The notes under the pieces were generated by a model that searched no databases, was not told where the DNA came from, and saw only the letters and a list, made by a program, of their open reading frames with translations. The position numbers and the translations under genes are program-made. Shown here one piece after another: positions 31,431-41,386 of a DNA stretch of 64,000 bases (position 1 is its first letter; each line of letters starts with the position of its first letter). The stretch is from an uncultured Verrucomicrobiota bacterium (GTDB lineage: Bacteria; Verrucomicrobiota; Verrucomicrobiia; Opitutales; UBA9783): positions 5,087 through 69,086 of the forward strand of contig CAMHMO010000005.1 of the NCBI GenBank assembly GCA_946186275.1, given 5' to 3'.

Positions 31431-32066
31431 ATGAAAGATCGGTTGTTATTGGTTGGGAAGAAAGTCGGCATGACGCAGTTGTTCGATGAGGACAATCGTC
31501 TGTTGCCGGTGACGGTTGTTTTGGCGGAACCCTGTGTCGTCAGCCAGATAAAGACGGCGGAAACGGACGGTTACACGGCGGTTCAGTTGGCGTACGGCAT
31601 TAAGAATAAAATAACCGCGCCGATTGCGGGTCATCTGAAGAAGGCGTCCGTTGAGGAAAATTTGTCTTGTTTTAAAGAATTTACGACGGATGATGTAAGT
31701 GCTTTTTCTTTGGGTCAGTCGTTGAATACGGATTTGTTTGCGGAAGGGCAGTTGGTGGATGCGGTTGCCGTCAGTAAGGGGAAGGGTTTTCAGGGCGTGG
31801 TGTTCCGCTACGGTTTCGGCGGCGGGCGTGCAACGCACGGTTCAATGTCGCATCGTCGCGGCGGCAGCTACGGGCATTTTCGTCGTATGGGGCATGTCGT
31901 TAAAAACCAAAAAATGCCGGGTCATATGGGATGCGTGCGTACGACGGTTAAGAATTTGGAAGTCGTGAAGGTTCTTCCCGAGAAGCGTTTAATTGTTTTG
32001 AAAGGCAGCCTTCCGGGTGCAAAAGGCGGTTTTGTGTTCCTTCGTAAAGCGAAGAGCGTCATGTAA
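31431..32066 (+). CDS. rplC: Ribosomal protein L3
   Basis: KVGMTQ, SKGKGFQG, MPGHMG. Confidence 0.97.
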   Translation: MKDRLLLVGKKVGMTQLFDEDNRLLPVTVVLAEPCVVSQIKTAETDGYTAVQLAYGIKNKITAPIAGHLKKASVEENLSCFKEFTTDDVSAFSLGQSLNTDLFAEGQLVDAVAVSKGKGFQGVVFRYGFGGGRATHGSMSHRRGGSYGHFRRMGHVVKNQKMPGHMGCVRTTVKNLEVVKVLPEKRLIVLKGSLPGAKGGFVFLRKAKSVM

Positions 32067-32078
32067 ATAAAGGAGAGA

Positions 32079-32711
32079 GTGATGAAAATTCCGTTTTACG
32101 ATGTGACCGGTGAAGCAAAAGGCGAGCGCGAGTATGCCATGGTGGAATTTGAGGGCGATCGCGGGCTTCAGGTGTTGAAAGAGGTCGTTTTGGCGTATCG
32201 TGCGAATGCGCGTCAGGGGAATGCTTGTACGAAGACGCGCGGTGACGTGAAGGGTTCCGGCAAGAAGCCATTCCGTCAAAAAGGGACGGGTATGGCGCGT
32301 CAGGGCGAAAAGCGCAGTCCGTTGGCTCGCGGCGGCGGTGTGGTTTTCGGACCGAAGCCGCGCGATTTTTCGGTGCGTTTGAATCGAAAAGAAAAACGTT
32401 TGGCGTTGCAGCGGGCGTTGTTTGATGCGGTTCGCGAAGGGAAGTTGTTTGTGCTGGAGGCGTTGAAGTCGCAGGAGACTCCAAAAACGCGGGAAATGGC
32501 GACGGTTTTCGACAAAATAACGAAACGTTCATGTTTATTGTTGGATAGTGAATTTTCAAAAAATCAACTGTTATCGCTTCGGAATTTGAAGCGCGTGTTT
32601 TCGATTGATATGGCTTCTGTAAATGCGCTGGATGTGACGCTTTATTCGAACATTGTTGTAACGGATCGTGCTTTAACGGCGTTTTTGGAAAAGATGAAGG
32701 CGGAGGGATAA
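32079..32711 (+). CDS. rplD: Ribosomal protein L4
   Basis: KPFRQKGTG, GGGVVFGPKPR. Confidence 0.97.
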   Translation: MMKIPFYDVTGEAKGEREYAMVEFEGDRGLQVLKEVVLAYRANARQGNACTKTRGDVKGSGKKPFRQKGTGMARQGEKRSPLARGGGVVFGPKPRDFSVRLNRKEKRLALQRALFDAVREGKLFVLEALKSQETPKTREMATVFDKITKRSCLLLDSEFSKNQLLSLRNLKRVFSIDMASVNALDVTLYSNIVVTDRALTAFLEKMKAEG

Positions 32712-32714
32712 ATT

Positions 32715-33005
32715 ATGGTGGAGCCCTGGAATATTTTGAAGGAATATCGCGTAACGGAGAAGGCGAGCAATTTGTCGGCTGTCGGAAATTGTTATACGTT
32801 TGAGGTTGCGCGGGAAGCCAATCGTACGGCGGTTGCGGATGCGGTGGAAGCGGCGTTTAAGGTGAAAGTTGAAAAAGTGAATATCCTTGTTCGTAAACCG
32901 AAGGTAAAGCGGAGTCGCATGCGAAAGTCGTTGCCTGGCTCCGTCGGCGGTATGAAAAAGGCGTTGGTGTTTTTAAAGAAAGGGTATCACATCGAAGTGA
33001 TATAA
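32715..33005 (+). CDS. rplW: Ribosomal protein L23
   Basis: TEKA..., YTFEV, KKA.V; operon position. Confidence 0.95.
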   Translation: MVEPWNILKEYRVTEKASNLSAVGNCYTFEVAREANRTAVADAVEAAFKVKVEKVNILVRKPKVKRSRMRKSLPGSVGGMKKALVFLKKGYHIEVI

Positions 33006-33009
33006 AAGG

Positions 33010-33855
33010 ATGATGGTACTTGTTAAGTCGGTTCCGGTAACGTCGAGTTGTCGGTTTTTGGTCAGCAATAAGGCGGAGGTGAGTAAAAAGCTTGCCGGGC
33101 GTTCGTTGGTCTCGGGGCGTCATTTTTCCAAAGGGCGCAATTGTTATGGTCGTATTACGTTGCGTCATCGTGGCGGCGGTCATAAGCGTTTGTATCGGAC
33201 GGTCGATTTTAAGCGTTCCAAGTTGGCGGTTCCCGCCGTGGTCGAAGCGATTGAGTATGATCCCAATCGTTCGGCGCTTTTGGCGTTGTTGAAGTATGCC
33301 GACGGCGAGAAAGCTTATATTTTGGCGCCGGAAGGGTTACGGGTCGGTGATTCGGTGGTCTCGTTAGATAAAGCGGTTTCGAATTATCGGATCGGAATGA
33401 GTTTCCCGTTGTCCTGTATTCCGTCGGGCTTGAAAATTCATGCTGTTGAGATGATTCCCGGGAAGGGGGCGGCTTTGGCACGGTCGGCGGGAGTGTCGTT
33501 GGAAATTATCGGTTTTGATAAAGGATACGCATCTTTAAAGATGCCGAGCGGCGAAATCCGTTTGGTGGATGAGCGTTGTCGCGCGACCATCGGGCGTGTC
33601 GGCAATGCCGATCATCAGAATGCGGTGATGGGAAAGGCTGGGCGCGCGCGCTGGAAGGGACGTCGTCCGCACGTTCGCGGTTGTGCCATGAATCCGATCG
33701 ATCACCCGATGGGTGGCGGTGAGACGGGCGGCGGCAATCATCCGGTTTCGCCCTGGGGGCAGCTTGCGAAGGGTTACATCACGCGCAAACGTACAAATGC
33801 AAGTGATCGGTTTATTTTGGTGCGTCGTAACGGCAAGAAGGTGAAAAGAGGGTAA
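33010..33855 (+). CDS. rplB: Ribosomal protein L2
   Basis: RGGGHKR, IEYDPNRSA, AMNPIDHPMGGG. Confidence 0.98.
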   Translation: MMVLVKSVPVTSSCRFLVSNKAEVSKKLAGRSLVSGRHFSKGRNCYGRITLRHRGGGHKRLYRTVDFKRSKLAVPAVVEAIEYDPNRSALLALLKYADGEKAYILAPEGLRVGDSVVSLDKAVSNYRIGMSFPLSCIPSGLKIHAVEMIPGKGAALARSAGVSLEIIGFDKGYASLKMPSGEIRLVDERCRATIGRVGNADHQNAVMGKAGRARWKGRRPHVRGCAMNPIDHPMGGGETGGGNHPVSPWGQLAKGYITRKRTNASDRFILVRRNGKKVKRG

Positions 33856-33858
33856 TCT

Positions 33859-34131
33859 ATGACACGTTCGTTAAAAAAAGGTTTTTTTGTGGATCCTAAG
33901 TTGATGGATAAGGTAAGTGCCTGTGTTCAGTCTGGTGATAAAAGACCCATCCAAACGTGGTCGCGTCGTTCGACCATTACGCCGGATTTTATCGGTTTAA
34001 ATTTTAATGTGCATAACGGGAAGACGTTTCTTCCGGTGTATGTGACTGAAAATATGGTGGGGCATAAATTGGGTGAATTTGCTCCGACCCGTACGTTTAA
34101 AGCTCATAACCCGCATACGAGAAAAGCCTGA
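33859..34131 (+). CDS. rpsS: Ribosomal protein S19
   Basis: [21 protein letters not shown]. Confidence 0.98.
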   Translation: MTRSLKKGFFVDPKLMDKVSACVQSGDKRPIQTWSRRSTITPDFIGLNFNVHNGKTFLPVYVTENMVGHKLGEFAPTRTFKAHNPHTRKA

Positions 34132-34490
34132 TGAAAGTACAAGCTTTAGTGAAGAATGTTCGTATTTCGCCGCTTAAGTTGCGACCGATAGCAGGGAATT
34201 TGGTCGGCATGCGGGCGCAGGAAGCGTTACAGACCTTGCGGTGGATGCCTCAAAAGTCCGCGCGGCTTTTATGGAAATCCGTCAAGAGCGCCGTTGCGAA
34301 TGCCGAGAATAATTTGAATGTTCCCGGTGAGCGTTTGTCGATTTGCGAGGCGCGCGTTGACGAAGGAATGGCGATGAAGCGTTTTCAGCCGGTTTCGCGC
34401 GGTTCGGCGCATCCGATTCGCAAGCGCGGCAGTCGTATTAAGATTGTGTTGACATGGGACGGGGAAAAACGCCAGGCTCGGGAAGGTTAG
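34131..34490 (+). CDS. rplV: Ribosomal protein L22
   Basis: RISPLK, KSAVANAENN. Confidence 0.96.
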   Translation: MKVQALVKNVRISPLKLRPIAGNLVGMRAQEALQTLRWMPQKSARLLWKSVKSAVANAENNLNVPGERLSICEARVDEGMAMKRFQPVSRGSAHPIRKRGSRIKIVLTWDGEKRQAREG

Positions 34491-34491
34491 T

Positions 34492-35121
34492 ATGGGACAG
34501 AAGGTAAATCCGATCGGTTTTCGTTTGCCGGTGCGTCGCGATTGGCGTTCCTGTTGGTATGCCGAAGGTTCGGGTTATGCGTTCCGCATAAAGGAGGATT
34601 TTGTCGTTCGTCGCTTTCTGGGGGAGAAATTGCATTATGCGTCCGTTCGGGATGTTCTCATAGAGCGTGCGGGAACGCGTGTTCGCGTAACGATTTCGAG
34701 CGGTCGTCCCGGCGTGATTGTCGGTCGCAGAGGTGCTGATTTGGAGAAATTGCGCACGTCGCTTCGCAAGTTGCTGGGGAAAGAAGTTCTTCTGGATGTT
34801 CAGGAAGTGAAGAGTCCCGATTTGACGGCGAAATTGATTGCGGAAAATATCGCGGTGCAGCTGGAGCGTCGCGTTTCGTTCCGTCGCGCCATGAAAAAGG
34901 CAACGCAGTTGGCAATGAGCATGGGCGCGAAGGGTATTCGTTTGCAGTGTTCCGGGCGTTTGGGCGGTGCCGAAATTGCCCGTTCGGAATCGCAACGTTT
35001 CGGTTCCGTTCCGTTGCATACGTTGCGCGCGGATGTGGATTACGGTTTTACGGAGGCACAGACGGTGTACGGCACCATCGGTGTCAAGTGTTGGGTTTGT
35101 ACGGAGGGGAAGAAGGAATAA
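34492..35121 (+). CDS. rpsC: Ribosomal protein S3
   Basis: MGQKVNPIGFRL, SGRLGGAEIAR. Confidence 0.98.
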   Translation: MGQKVNPIGFRLPVRRDWRSCWYAEGSGYAFRIKEDFVVRRFLGEKLHYASVRDVLIERAGTRVRVTISSGRPGVIVGRRGADLEKLRTSLRKLLGKEVLLDVQEVKSPDLTAKLIAENIAVQLERRVSFRRAMKKATQLAMSMGAKGIRLQCSGRLGGAEIARSESQRFGSVPLHTLRADVDYGFTEAQTVYGTIGVKCWVCTEGKKE

Positions 35122-35124
35122 GCG

Positions 35125-35556
35125 ATGGCAATGTTACTTCCGGCTCGGACGAAGTACGCCAAGGTTCAAAAGGGGCGTATTTACGGTAATGCCAAAGGCG
35201 GTGCGGAATTGGCTTTCGGAACGTTCGGTATTCAGGTGTTGGAACGCGGGCGTATTACGGCGGCGCAGTTGGAGGCGGCGCGTGTGGCGATCAACCGTCA
35301 TTTGAAGCGAAAGGGAAAGATGTGGTTGCGCGTGTTCCCGCAGAAGCCGATTACGCGTAAGCCTGCCGAGACCCGTATGGGAAAAGGGAAGGGCAGTGTG
35401 GAGTATTGGGTGACGATCGTAAAGCCCGGGATGATTTTGTTTGAGGTCACCGGCGTGCCGTTGGCGGTGGCGCAGGAGGCGATGTCGCTGGCGGATCGGA
35501 AGTTGGGCTTACGTTGTCGTTTTTTAAGTCAGGAATCGTTGGCGCAACGGTTTTAA
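35125..35556 (+). CDS. rplP: Ribosomal protein L16
   Basis: RMGKGKG, EAARVAI. Confidence 0.98.
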   Translation: MAMLLPARTKYAKVQKGRIYGNAKGGAELAFGTFGIQVLERGRITAAQLEAARVAINRHLKRKGKMWLRVFPQKPITRKPAETRMGKGKGSVEYWVTIVKPGMILFEVTGVPLAVAQEAMSLADRKLGLRCRFLSQESLAQRF

Positions 35557-35559
35557 GGT

Positions 35560-35748
35560 ATGAAGAAGAAGAATTTTTCGGCGTTGAAGCCTGCGGAGTT
35601 GCAAGAGAAGTTAGTGAAGTTGTCCCAACAGATGTTGGAGTTGCGCATGAAAAAGCAGTTGGGGCAGTTAAAGGTGCCGTCCGAATTGCGCCAGTGCAGG
35701 AAAGATCGGGCGCGCATTCTGACGGTTTTATCACGGCAGTCATTGTAA
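35560..35748 (+). CDS. rpmC: Ribosomal protein L29
   Basis: RKDRARILT; operon position. Confidence 0.93.
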   Translation: MKKKNFSALKPAELQEKLVKLSQQMLELRMKKQLGQLKVPSELRQCRKDRARILTVLSRQSL

Positions 35749-35757
35749 GGGCGGTCT

Positions 35758-36024
35758 ATGGAACAAGAGCAGAGAAAATTGCGTAAGACGCTGGTTGGTG
35801 AAGTCAGAGGGCGTTTGGGGGATAAGACGGTGAAGGTGGTGTTTTTTTACAAGAAGCCGCATCCGTTGTTTCGAAAGGAAATTAAGCGCAAGACGGTGTT
35901 GTATGCGCATGATCAGGAGAATAAGTGTCAAGTCGGTGATCGGGTTGAGATTATGTCGACGCGCCCCTTAAGTCATTTAAAGCGTTGGCGCGTGGTTCGC
36001 TTGTTGGAGAAAGTGCAGGGGTAA
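35758..36024 (+). CDS. rpsQ: Ribosomal protein S17
   Basis: [16 protein letters not shown]. Confidence 0.96.
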   Translation: MEQEQRKLRKTLVGEVRGRLGDKTVKVVFFYKKPHPLFRKEIKRKTVLYAHDQENKCQVGDRVEIMSTRPLSHLKRWRVVRLLEKVQG

Positions 36025-36031
36025 GGACGTT

Positions 36032-36397
36032 ATGTTGCAGATGGGGAGCGTGTTGAATGTGACGGATAACACCGGTGCAAAAAGGGTTGCGGTGATCCGT
36101 CGTCTGGGGCAATTAAGTCGGACTGCGGGAATTGGCGATATTGTCATCGGTTCCGTGAAAGAGAGCACGCCTGAGGCGAGCGTCAAAAAGGGAGAAGTTG
36201 TGCGTGCCGTGGTGGTTCGTACGGCTTATCCGATTTTGCGGGAAGACGGTTCCGGTTTGCGTTTTGACGATAACGCGTGTGTGATTATTGATGCCGCCAA
36301 CAATCCGAAAGGAACGCGTGTATTCGGTCCGGTGGCGCGCGAATTGCGTCAAAAGAATTTTTCAAAAATTATTTCTTTGGCTCCGGAGGTTTTGTAA
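36032..36397 (+). CDS. rplN: Ribosomal protein L14
   Basis: [25 protein letters not shown]. Confidence 0.98.
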   Translation: MLQMGSVLNVTDNTGAKRVAVIRRLGQLSRTAGIGDIVIGSVKESTPEASVKKGEVVRAVVVRTAYPILREDGSGLRFDDNACVIIDAANNPKGTRVFGPVARELRQKNFSKIISLAPEVL

Positions 36398-36669
36398 TGA
36401 AATTTAAAATCAAGCGGGATTCGGAAGTGGTTGTGATTTCCGGGGAACATAAAGGAAAAAAAGGGAAGGTTTTGAGGGTGCTTCGCGATTCTCAGCGCGT
36501 TTTGGTTGAGGGTGTGAATGTGCGTAAAAAGTGTCTCAAAAAATCGCAGGAAAATCCGAAGGGCGGAATGATTGAGACGGAAATGCCGATTCATTATTCG
36601 AATGTGATGTTGGCGGGCGCCAAAGTTTCGGGTGCGAAGAAGGGTATTGAACGTTCCAAAGAAAGGTGA
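36397..36669 (+). CDS. rplX: Ribosomal protein L24
   Basis: KOW motif VISGEHKGKKG; EMPIHYSNV. Confidence 0.96.
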   Translation: MKFKIKRDSEVVVISGEHKGKKGKVLRVLRDSQRVLVEGVNVRKKCLKKSQENPKGGMIETEMPIHYSNVMLAGAKVSGAKKGIERSKER

Positions 36670-37217
36670 GTGTTATGGCAACGACCGTTTTGAAGGATTT
36701 GTACGAGCAACAGGTGGTTCCCGCTCTCGAAAAAGAGTTGGAGATTAAGAATATCCATCGTGTTCCGAAGCTCGAGAAGATTGTTTTGAATTCCCGCATT
36801 GATGCGGAGGCGGATAAGGCGCACGTGGAGCAGTTGGTGAAAGAAATTGGTTTAATCGCGGGACAAAAGCCTCTGTTGATTAAAGCCAAGAAGAGTATTT
36901 CGAATTTCAAGTTGCGTCAGGGGATGCCGTCGGGTGTTAAGGCGACGTTGCGCGGGAAGCGGATGTACGATTTTCTTTATCGTCTTATTCATATCGTTCT
37001 TCCGGTGATCCGTGATTTTCGCGGTGTTTCGAAGCGGATGGATAAGCGCGGCAATTTAAACATCGGTATCGAGGATCATTCGATTTTTCCGGAGATTAAA
37101 ATTGAATCGAGCAGTCGGCAGAATACCGGTTTGGATATTGCAATTGTGACAACGACCGACAGCGATCGCGAGGCGTTGTTGTTGTTGCAAAAATTGGGAA
37201 TGGTTTTTCGGAAGTAG
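36666..37217 (+). CDS. rplE: Ribosomal protein L5
   Basis: [16 protein letters not shown]. Confidence 0.97.
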   Translation: MSVMATTVLKDLYEQQVVPALEKELEIKNIHRVPKLEKIVLNSRIDAEADKAHVEQLVKEIGLIAGQKPLLIKAKKSISNFKLRQGMPSGVKATLRGKRMYDFLYRLIHIVLPVIRDFRGVSKRMDKRGNLNIGIEDHSIFPEIKIESSSRQNTGLDIAIVTTTDSDREALLLLQKLGMVFRK

Positions 37218-37218
37218 T

Positions 37219-37524
37219 ATGGCAAAAAAGTCCTCCATTGAGCGAAACGAGCGTCGCGCGCGGTTGATTAGAAAGTATGCGGCGAAGCGGAAGGAATTGA
37301 AGGCGAAAGTTTTAAATCCGGAAACGTCGGATGAGGCGTTTTTCGCCGCTCAGCGCGAATTGGCATTGTTGCCGCGTAATTCATCGCCCGTTCGTTATCG
37401 GAATCGTTGTTCGATTACGGGGCGCTCGCGCGGTTTTTACGGAAAGTTCGGTGTTTCGCGTTTGATTTTGCGTGAATTTGCGTCCGAGGGTTTGTTGCCG
37501 GGGGTAACGAAGGCATCTTGGTAG
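37219..37524 (+). CDS. rpsN: Ribosomal protein S14 (long, zinc-independent type)
   Basis: [25 protein letters not shown]. Confidence 0.97.
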   Translation: MAKKSSIERNERRARLIRKYAAKRKELKAKVLNPETSDEAFFAAQRELALLPRNSSPVRYRNRCSITGRSRGFYGKFGVSRLILREFASEGLLPGVTKASW

Positions 37525-37526
37525 TT

Positions 37527-37916
37527 ATGGATACGATCGGGGATTTTTTGACGGTTATTCGTAATGCGAATCGGGTTCGCAAGGCGAGTTGTTGCATTGC
37601 GTTTTCCCGCGTGCGTCACGCGATTGCTCTTTTGTTGAAAAAGGAGGGGTACATCGCCGGCGTGGAGGAGGTTGCGGACGAAAAGGGGCGAAAGTCATTG
37701 GTGGTGCGTTTGAAATACGTGAAGGGCTGTCCGGTTCTAAATGTTTTGGAACGTTGCAGTAAGCCGGGTGCGCGTTGGTATGTGGATTGCGCGCATATCC
37801 CGAGCGTGTTGAGCGGTCTCGGGATTTGTTTGTTGTCGACGTCGAAGGGAATGATGACGGGTCCACAGGCGAAGGCGATGAATGTCGGCGGCGAGTTAAT
37901 TTGTAAAGTGTGGTAG
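37527..37916 (+). CDS. rpsH: Ribosomal protein S8
   Basis: DTIGDFLTVIRNA, LSTSKG, GGELIC. Confidence 0.97.
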   Translation: MDTIGDFLTVIRNANRVRKASCCIAFSRVRHAIALLLKKEGYIAGVEEVADEKGRKSLVVRLKYVKGCPVLNVLERCSKPGARWYVDCAHIPSVLSGLGICLLSTSKGMMTGPQAKAMNVGGELICKVW

Positions 37917-37920
37917 AGCG

Positions 37921-38457
37921 ATGAGTCGTATAGGTAAATTACCGATTGATTGCGGCGAAAAAGTGACGGTTACCGTGGACGGTTCGACCGTGACGGTGAA
38001 AGGACCGAAGGGGGAATTGAAGCAAACCTTTGCGCCTTGCGTAACCATTCGTCAGGAAGATCGTCACATTTTGGTAGAACCGAAAGGTTCCGATCGTTTT
38101 TCATTGGCGATGCACGGTACGGTGCGTGCAATCATCGCCAACATGGTGAAGGGGGTACAAACGCCCTTTTCGAAAAATCTGGAAATCCAGGGTGTCGGTT
38201 TTAAGGCGGCTTTGAACGGTAAATTTCTGGATTTGGCGCTCGGGTATTCGCATCCGATTAAATATCCCGTTCCGGACGGTATTGCCGTCCAGGTGAAGGA
38301 CGGGACGCAGATTCATGTCGAGGGAGCCGATTGTTGCAAAGTCGGTCAGGTGGCGGCGGATATTAAACGTTATTATCCGGTGGAGCCTTATAAAGGCAAG
38401 GGGGTTCGGATTATCGGTGAGTATATTCGCCGTAAGGAAGGCAAGAAGAAGGCATAA
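37921..38457 (+). CDS. rplF: Ribosomal protein L6
   Basis: MSRIGKLP, EPYKGKGV. Confidence 0.98.
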   Translation: MSRIGKLPIDCGEKVTVTVDGSTVTVKGPKGELKQTFAPCVTIRQEDRHILVEPKGSDRFSLAMHGTVRAIIANMVKGVQTPFSKNLEIQGVGFKAALNGKFLDLALGYSHPIKYPVPDGIAVQVKDGTQIHVEGADCCKVGQVAADIKRYYPVEPYKGKGVRIIGEYIRRKEGKKKA

Positions 38458-38460
38458 CAT

Positions 38461-38823
38461 ATGAAATTGCTTGAAAAACAACGATTGGAGGCGAAACGTC
38501 GGGCGCGTATTCGTTCGCGTGTTCGCGGAACGGCGGGTCGTCCGCGTTTGGCTTTGTGTCTTTCAAATAAGCATGCGTATGCGCAGTGCATTGATGATGA
38601 GGTCGGGAAGACGTTGGCGTCTTTGTCTTCCATGTCGAAGGATATAAAGTCGCAACGTATCAAGCCGAACCGCGCCGGCATGGAGGCGTTGGGGAAACTG
38701 TTCGGTGCTCTTTTGAAAGAAAAAGGGATTGAGCGCGTTGTTTTTGATCGTTCGGGTCGGTTATATTTCGGTTGCGTTCGGACGTTCGCCGATGCCGTTC
38801 GTCAGCAGGGGATTCAATTTTGA
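38461..38823 (+). CDS. rplR: Ribosomal protein L18
   Basis: RPRL, VVFDRSG. Confidence 0.96.
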   Translation: MKLLEKQRLEAKRRARIRSRVRGTAGRPRLALCLSNKHAYAQCIDDEVGKTLASLSSMSKDIKSQRIKPNRAGMEALGKLFGALLKEKGIERVVFDRSGRLYFGCVRTFADAVRQQGIQF

Positions 38824-39398
38824 TGGACAATTTAGGAATGGTGGCGGAAAACGAGCAGGCGGTCGGCGGTTCGCCGTTGGACTTTTTGACCGAAAAGCGG
38901 GAGTTGATGCTTTCGGAGGTGCCGGAGGGTTGGGAAGAGCGGACGGTTTGTGTGAACCGTTGCGCAAAAGTGTCGAAGGGCGGTCGTCGTTTCAGCTTTT
39001 CGGTATTGGTGGTTGCCGGTAATAAGGCGGGTTTGATTGGCTACGGCATCGGGAAAGCGAAGGAAGTGACGGATGCTGTTCGTAAAGCAAGCGAGCGTGC
39101 CAAGAAGCATGTTTATAAGGTTTCTTTGTTGAATAACACCGTTCCGCATGTTGCTTTGGGGCTTTCCGACGGCGGTCGCGTGATGTTGAAGCCCGCGTGT
39201 CACGGTACGGGTGTCGTGGCGGGCGGCGGTGTGCGTGCGGTTTTGGAGTTGGCGGGCGTCAAAGATGTATTGTCGAAGTCGCTCGGTTCCAAAAACGGCG
39301 TCGGTGTGGTTTGCGCAACCGTTAAAGCGCTTTTGAAAATGCGTACCAAGCAGCAAATCAATGCGCTTCGAGCGGCAGAAGCGGATGCGCTCGCGTAG
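38823..39398 (+). CDS. rpsE: Ribosomal protein S5
   Basis: KVSKGGRRFSFS, GTGVVAGG. Confidence 0.97.
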   Translation: MDNLGMVAENEQAVGGSPLDFLTEKRELMLSEVPEGWEERTVCVNRCAKVSKGGRRFSFSVLVVAGNKAGLIGYGIGKAKEVTDAVRKASERAKKHVYKVSLLNNTVPHVALGLSDGGRVMLKPACHGTGVVAGGGVRAVLELAGVKDVLSKSLGSKNGVGVVCATVKALLKMRTKQQINALRAAEADALA

Positions 39399-39412
39399 GG
39401 AAAGGAAGTAAA

Positions 39413-39859
39413 ATGCGATTGGATAAATTACCTTTTACGCCTAATCGTTTGAAGAAAAGCAAACGTTTGGGGTGCGGTCGGGCGTGCGGTCACGGCGAGA
39501 CGTCGACGCGCGGGAATAAAGGTGGGAATGCGCGTTCCGGATACTCGACGCCTCACAACTTTTCCGGTATTCCCTGGTATCGCAAGTTTCCGAAGCGTGG
39601 TTTTAGCAACAGCAATTTCAGGAAGTTGTATCATGTGGTCAACCTGGGGCTGTTGGATTCGGTGTTACCGGCGGATTTTTCGGCGATCGTTGACCGAAAA
39701 GTGCTATCGGATTTGAAACTTATCGATGAAGACAAGCTTCCGGTTAAGATATTGGGGAACGGCGAATGGAAGCGTTCGCTTTCGTTCCGGGTCGATAAGG
39801 TAAGCGAGGGTGCAAAAGCGAAGATTGAGGCGGTCGGCGGTAAAGTGTTGGATGCTTAA
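39413..39859 (+). CDS. rplO: Ribosomal protein L15
   Basis: RLGCGRACGHGETSTRG, PKRGF, KILGNG. Confidence 0.95.
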   Translation: MRLDKLPFTPNRLKKSKRLGCGRACGHGETSTRGNKGGNARSGYSTPHNFSGIPWYRKFPKRGFSNSNFRKLYHVVNLGLLDSVLPADFSAIVDRKVLSDLKLIDEDKLPVKILGNGEWKRSLSFRVDKVSEGAKAKIEAVGGKVLDA

Positions 39860-39865
39860 CGATCT

Positions 39866-41383
39866 ATGTGGGTGGCGTTTTTGAACTGTTTTCGGGTTCC
39901 GGAGCTGAAGCAGCGTATTTTGTTCACGCTTTCGTTGCTTTTCGTAGCGAGAATTGGGTGTAACATTCCTTTGCCCGGGATTGATCCGTCGCCGTTAAAA
40001 GCTTTTTTCGAATCTCAAAAGGTCGCGGGTGGCGGTCAGTTGATCGGTCTTTACAATCTGTTCACGGGCGGGGCGTTTCTGAAAGGGGCGATTTTCGGGC
40101 TGGGCGTTATGCCGTACATCAGTGCTTCCATTATTTTCCAACTGTTGGGTGTTATGATGCCGTCGTTGGCAAAAATGCAACAGGAAGGGGAATTCGGTCG
40201 CCAGCGTCTGATGCAGTACACGCGTTATTTGACGTTGTTGATTTGCCTCATTCAGGGAGGGCTGTTGGTGATGGCGTTGACCAATTATCCCGACAAACTG
40301 TTCCCCGGGTTTGATGCGTCGACGTATGGGTCGATTGCGCTTTACAACGGTTTTTGGTTTTTGTTGGTCAGCACGTTTCTTTTGTCCACGGGTACCATGA
40401 TTTTGACATGGTTGGGCGAACAGATTACGCAACACGGCATCGGAAACGGTATTTCGTTGTTGATTACGGTCGGTATTTTGTCGGGGTTGCCGCAAAGCAT
40501 GGTGTTGTTCGGTAAAATGTTCACAACACCTTTGGGCGTGGAAGAGGGCGTGCGGTTGGGTTGGCTCCAGGGGTGCTTGATGATTGCGCTGTTGTTTGTC
40601 GTGATTGCAGCGATGGTGGCGGTGACGCAGGCGAGCCGTAAAATCGTTGTTCAATACGCCAAGCGGGTAGTTGGTCGAAAGATGTACGGCGGACAAAGTT
40701 CCTTTTTGCCGTTAAAGGTTAATTACGCAGGCGTGATGCCGGTCATTTTTGCGAGTGCGTTGTTGATGTTTCCGCAGCAGTTGTTGGCATATCTGGGTGC
40801 TGCCTTCGGTATCTCGGCGTTTCAGGAATGGTCGATGTTTTTGGTGCAGGGTTCTTCTTTGTACTATACCGTGTACGGATTGTTGATTTTGTTGTTCAGT
40901 TACTTTTGGGTTTCCATCATGTTCAAGCCGTTGCAAATTGCGGATGAATTGAAGAAGAACGGCGGGTATATCCCCGGGGTCCGTCCCGGAGCCGATACGG
41001 CGAAGTTTTTGGACTTTGTGATGACGCGTTTGACGTTGGCGGGGGCTATTTTCCTGACGGCGATCGCGCTGTTCCCGGATATGTTATATTTTTGGTATAA
41101 AATTCCGTACCGCGTGGCATTGTTCTTCGGCGGAACGGGTACGTTGATTACGGTGGGTGTTTTGCTGGAAACAACAAAGCAGATGGAGACCTACCTGTTG
41201 CAGCGGAACTACGAAGGTTTTTTGTCGAAAGGAGCTTTGCGCGGGCGTTCCAATCTCTCTTCGCAGTTTCAAATGTTGATGAATTCCGAAGATAAGGGGA
41301 TGCGTTGGCTTTTTGGCACGGTGATTACTTTGTTCGTTGCCGGTTTCGTTGCCTGGGGGTTGCAGGTGTTGTTTTTCAAATAA
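39866..41383 (+). CDS. secY: Preprotein translocase subunit SecY
   Basis: LGVMPYISASII, AGVMPVIFA, IPGVRPG; carries an extra C-terminal hydrophobic segment. Confidence 0.98.
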   Translation: MWVAFLNCFRVPELKQRILFTLSLLFVARIGCNIPLPGIDPSPLKAFFESQKVAGGGQLIGLYNLFTGGAFLKGAIFGLGVMPYISASIIFQLLGVMMPSLAKMQQEGEFGRQRLMQYTRYLTLLICLIQGGLLVMALTNYPDKLFPGFDASTYGSIALYNGFWFLLVSTFLLSTGTMILTWLGEQITQHGIGNGISLLITVGILSGLPQSMVLFGKMFTTPLGVEEGVRLGWLQGCLMIALLFVVIAAMVAVTQASRKIVVQYAKRVVGRKMYGGQSSFLPLKVNYAGVMPVIFASALLMFPQQLLAYLGAAFGISAFQEWSMFLVQGSSLYYTVYGLLILLFSYFWVSIMFKPLQIADELKKNGGYIPGVRPGADTAKFLDFVMTRLTLAGAIFLTAIALFPDMLYFWYKIPYRVALFFGGTGTLITVGVLLETTKQMETYLLQRNYEGFLSKGALRGRSNLSSQFQMLMNSEDKGMRWLFGTVITLFVAGFVAWGLQVLFFK

Positions 41384-41386
41384 GCC

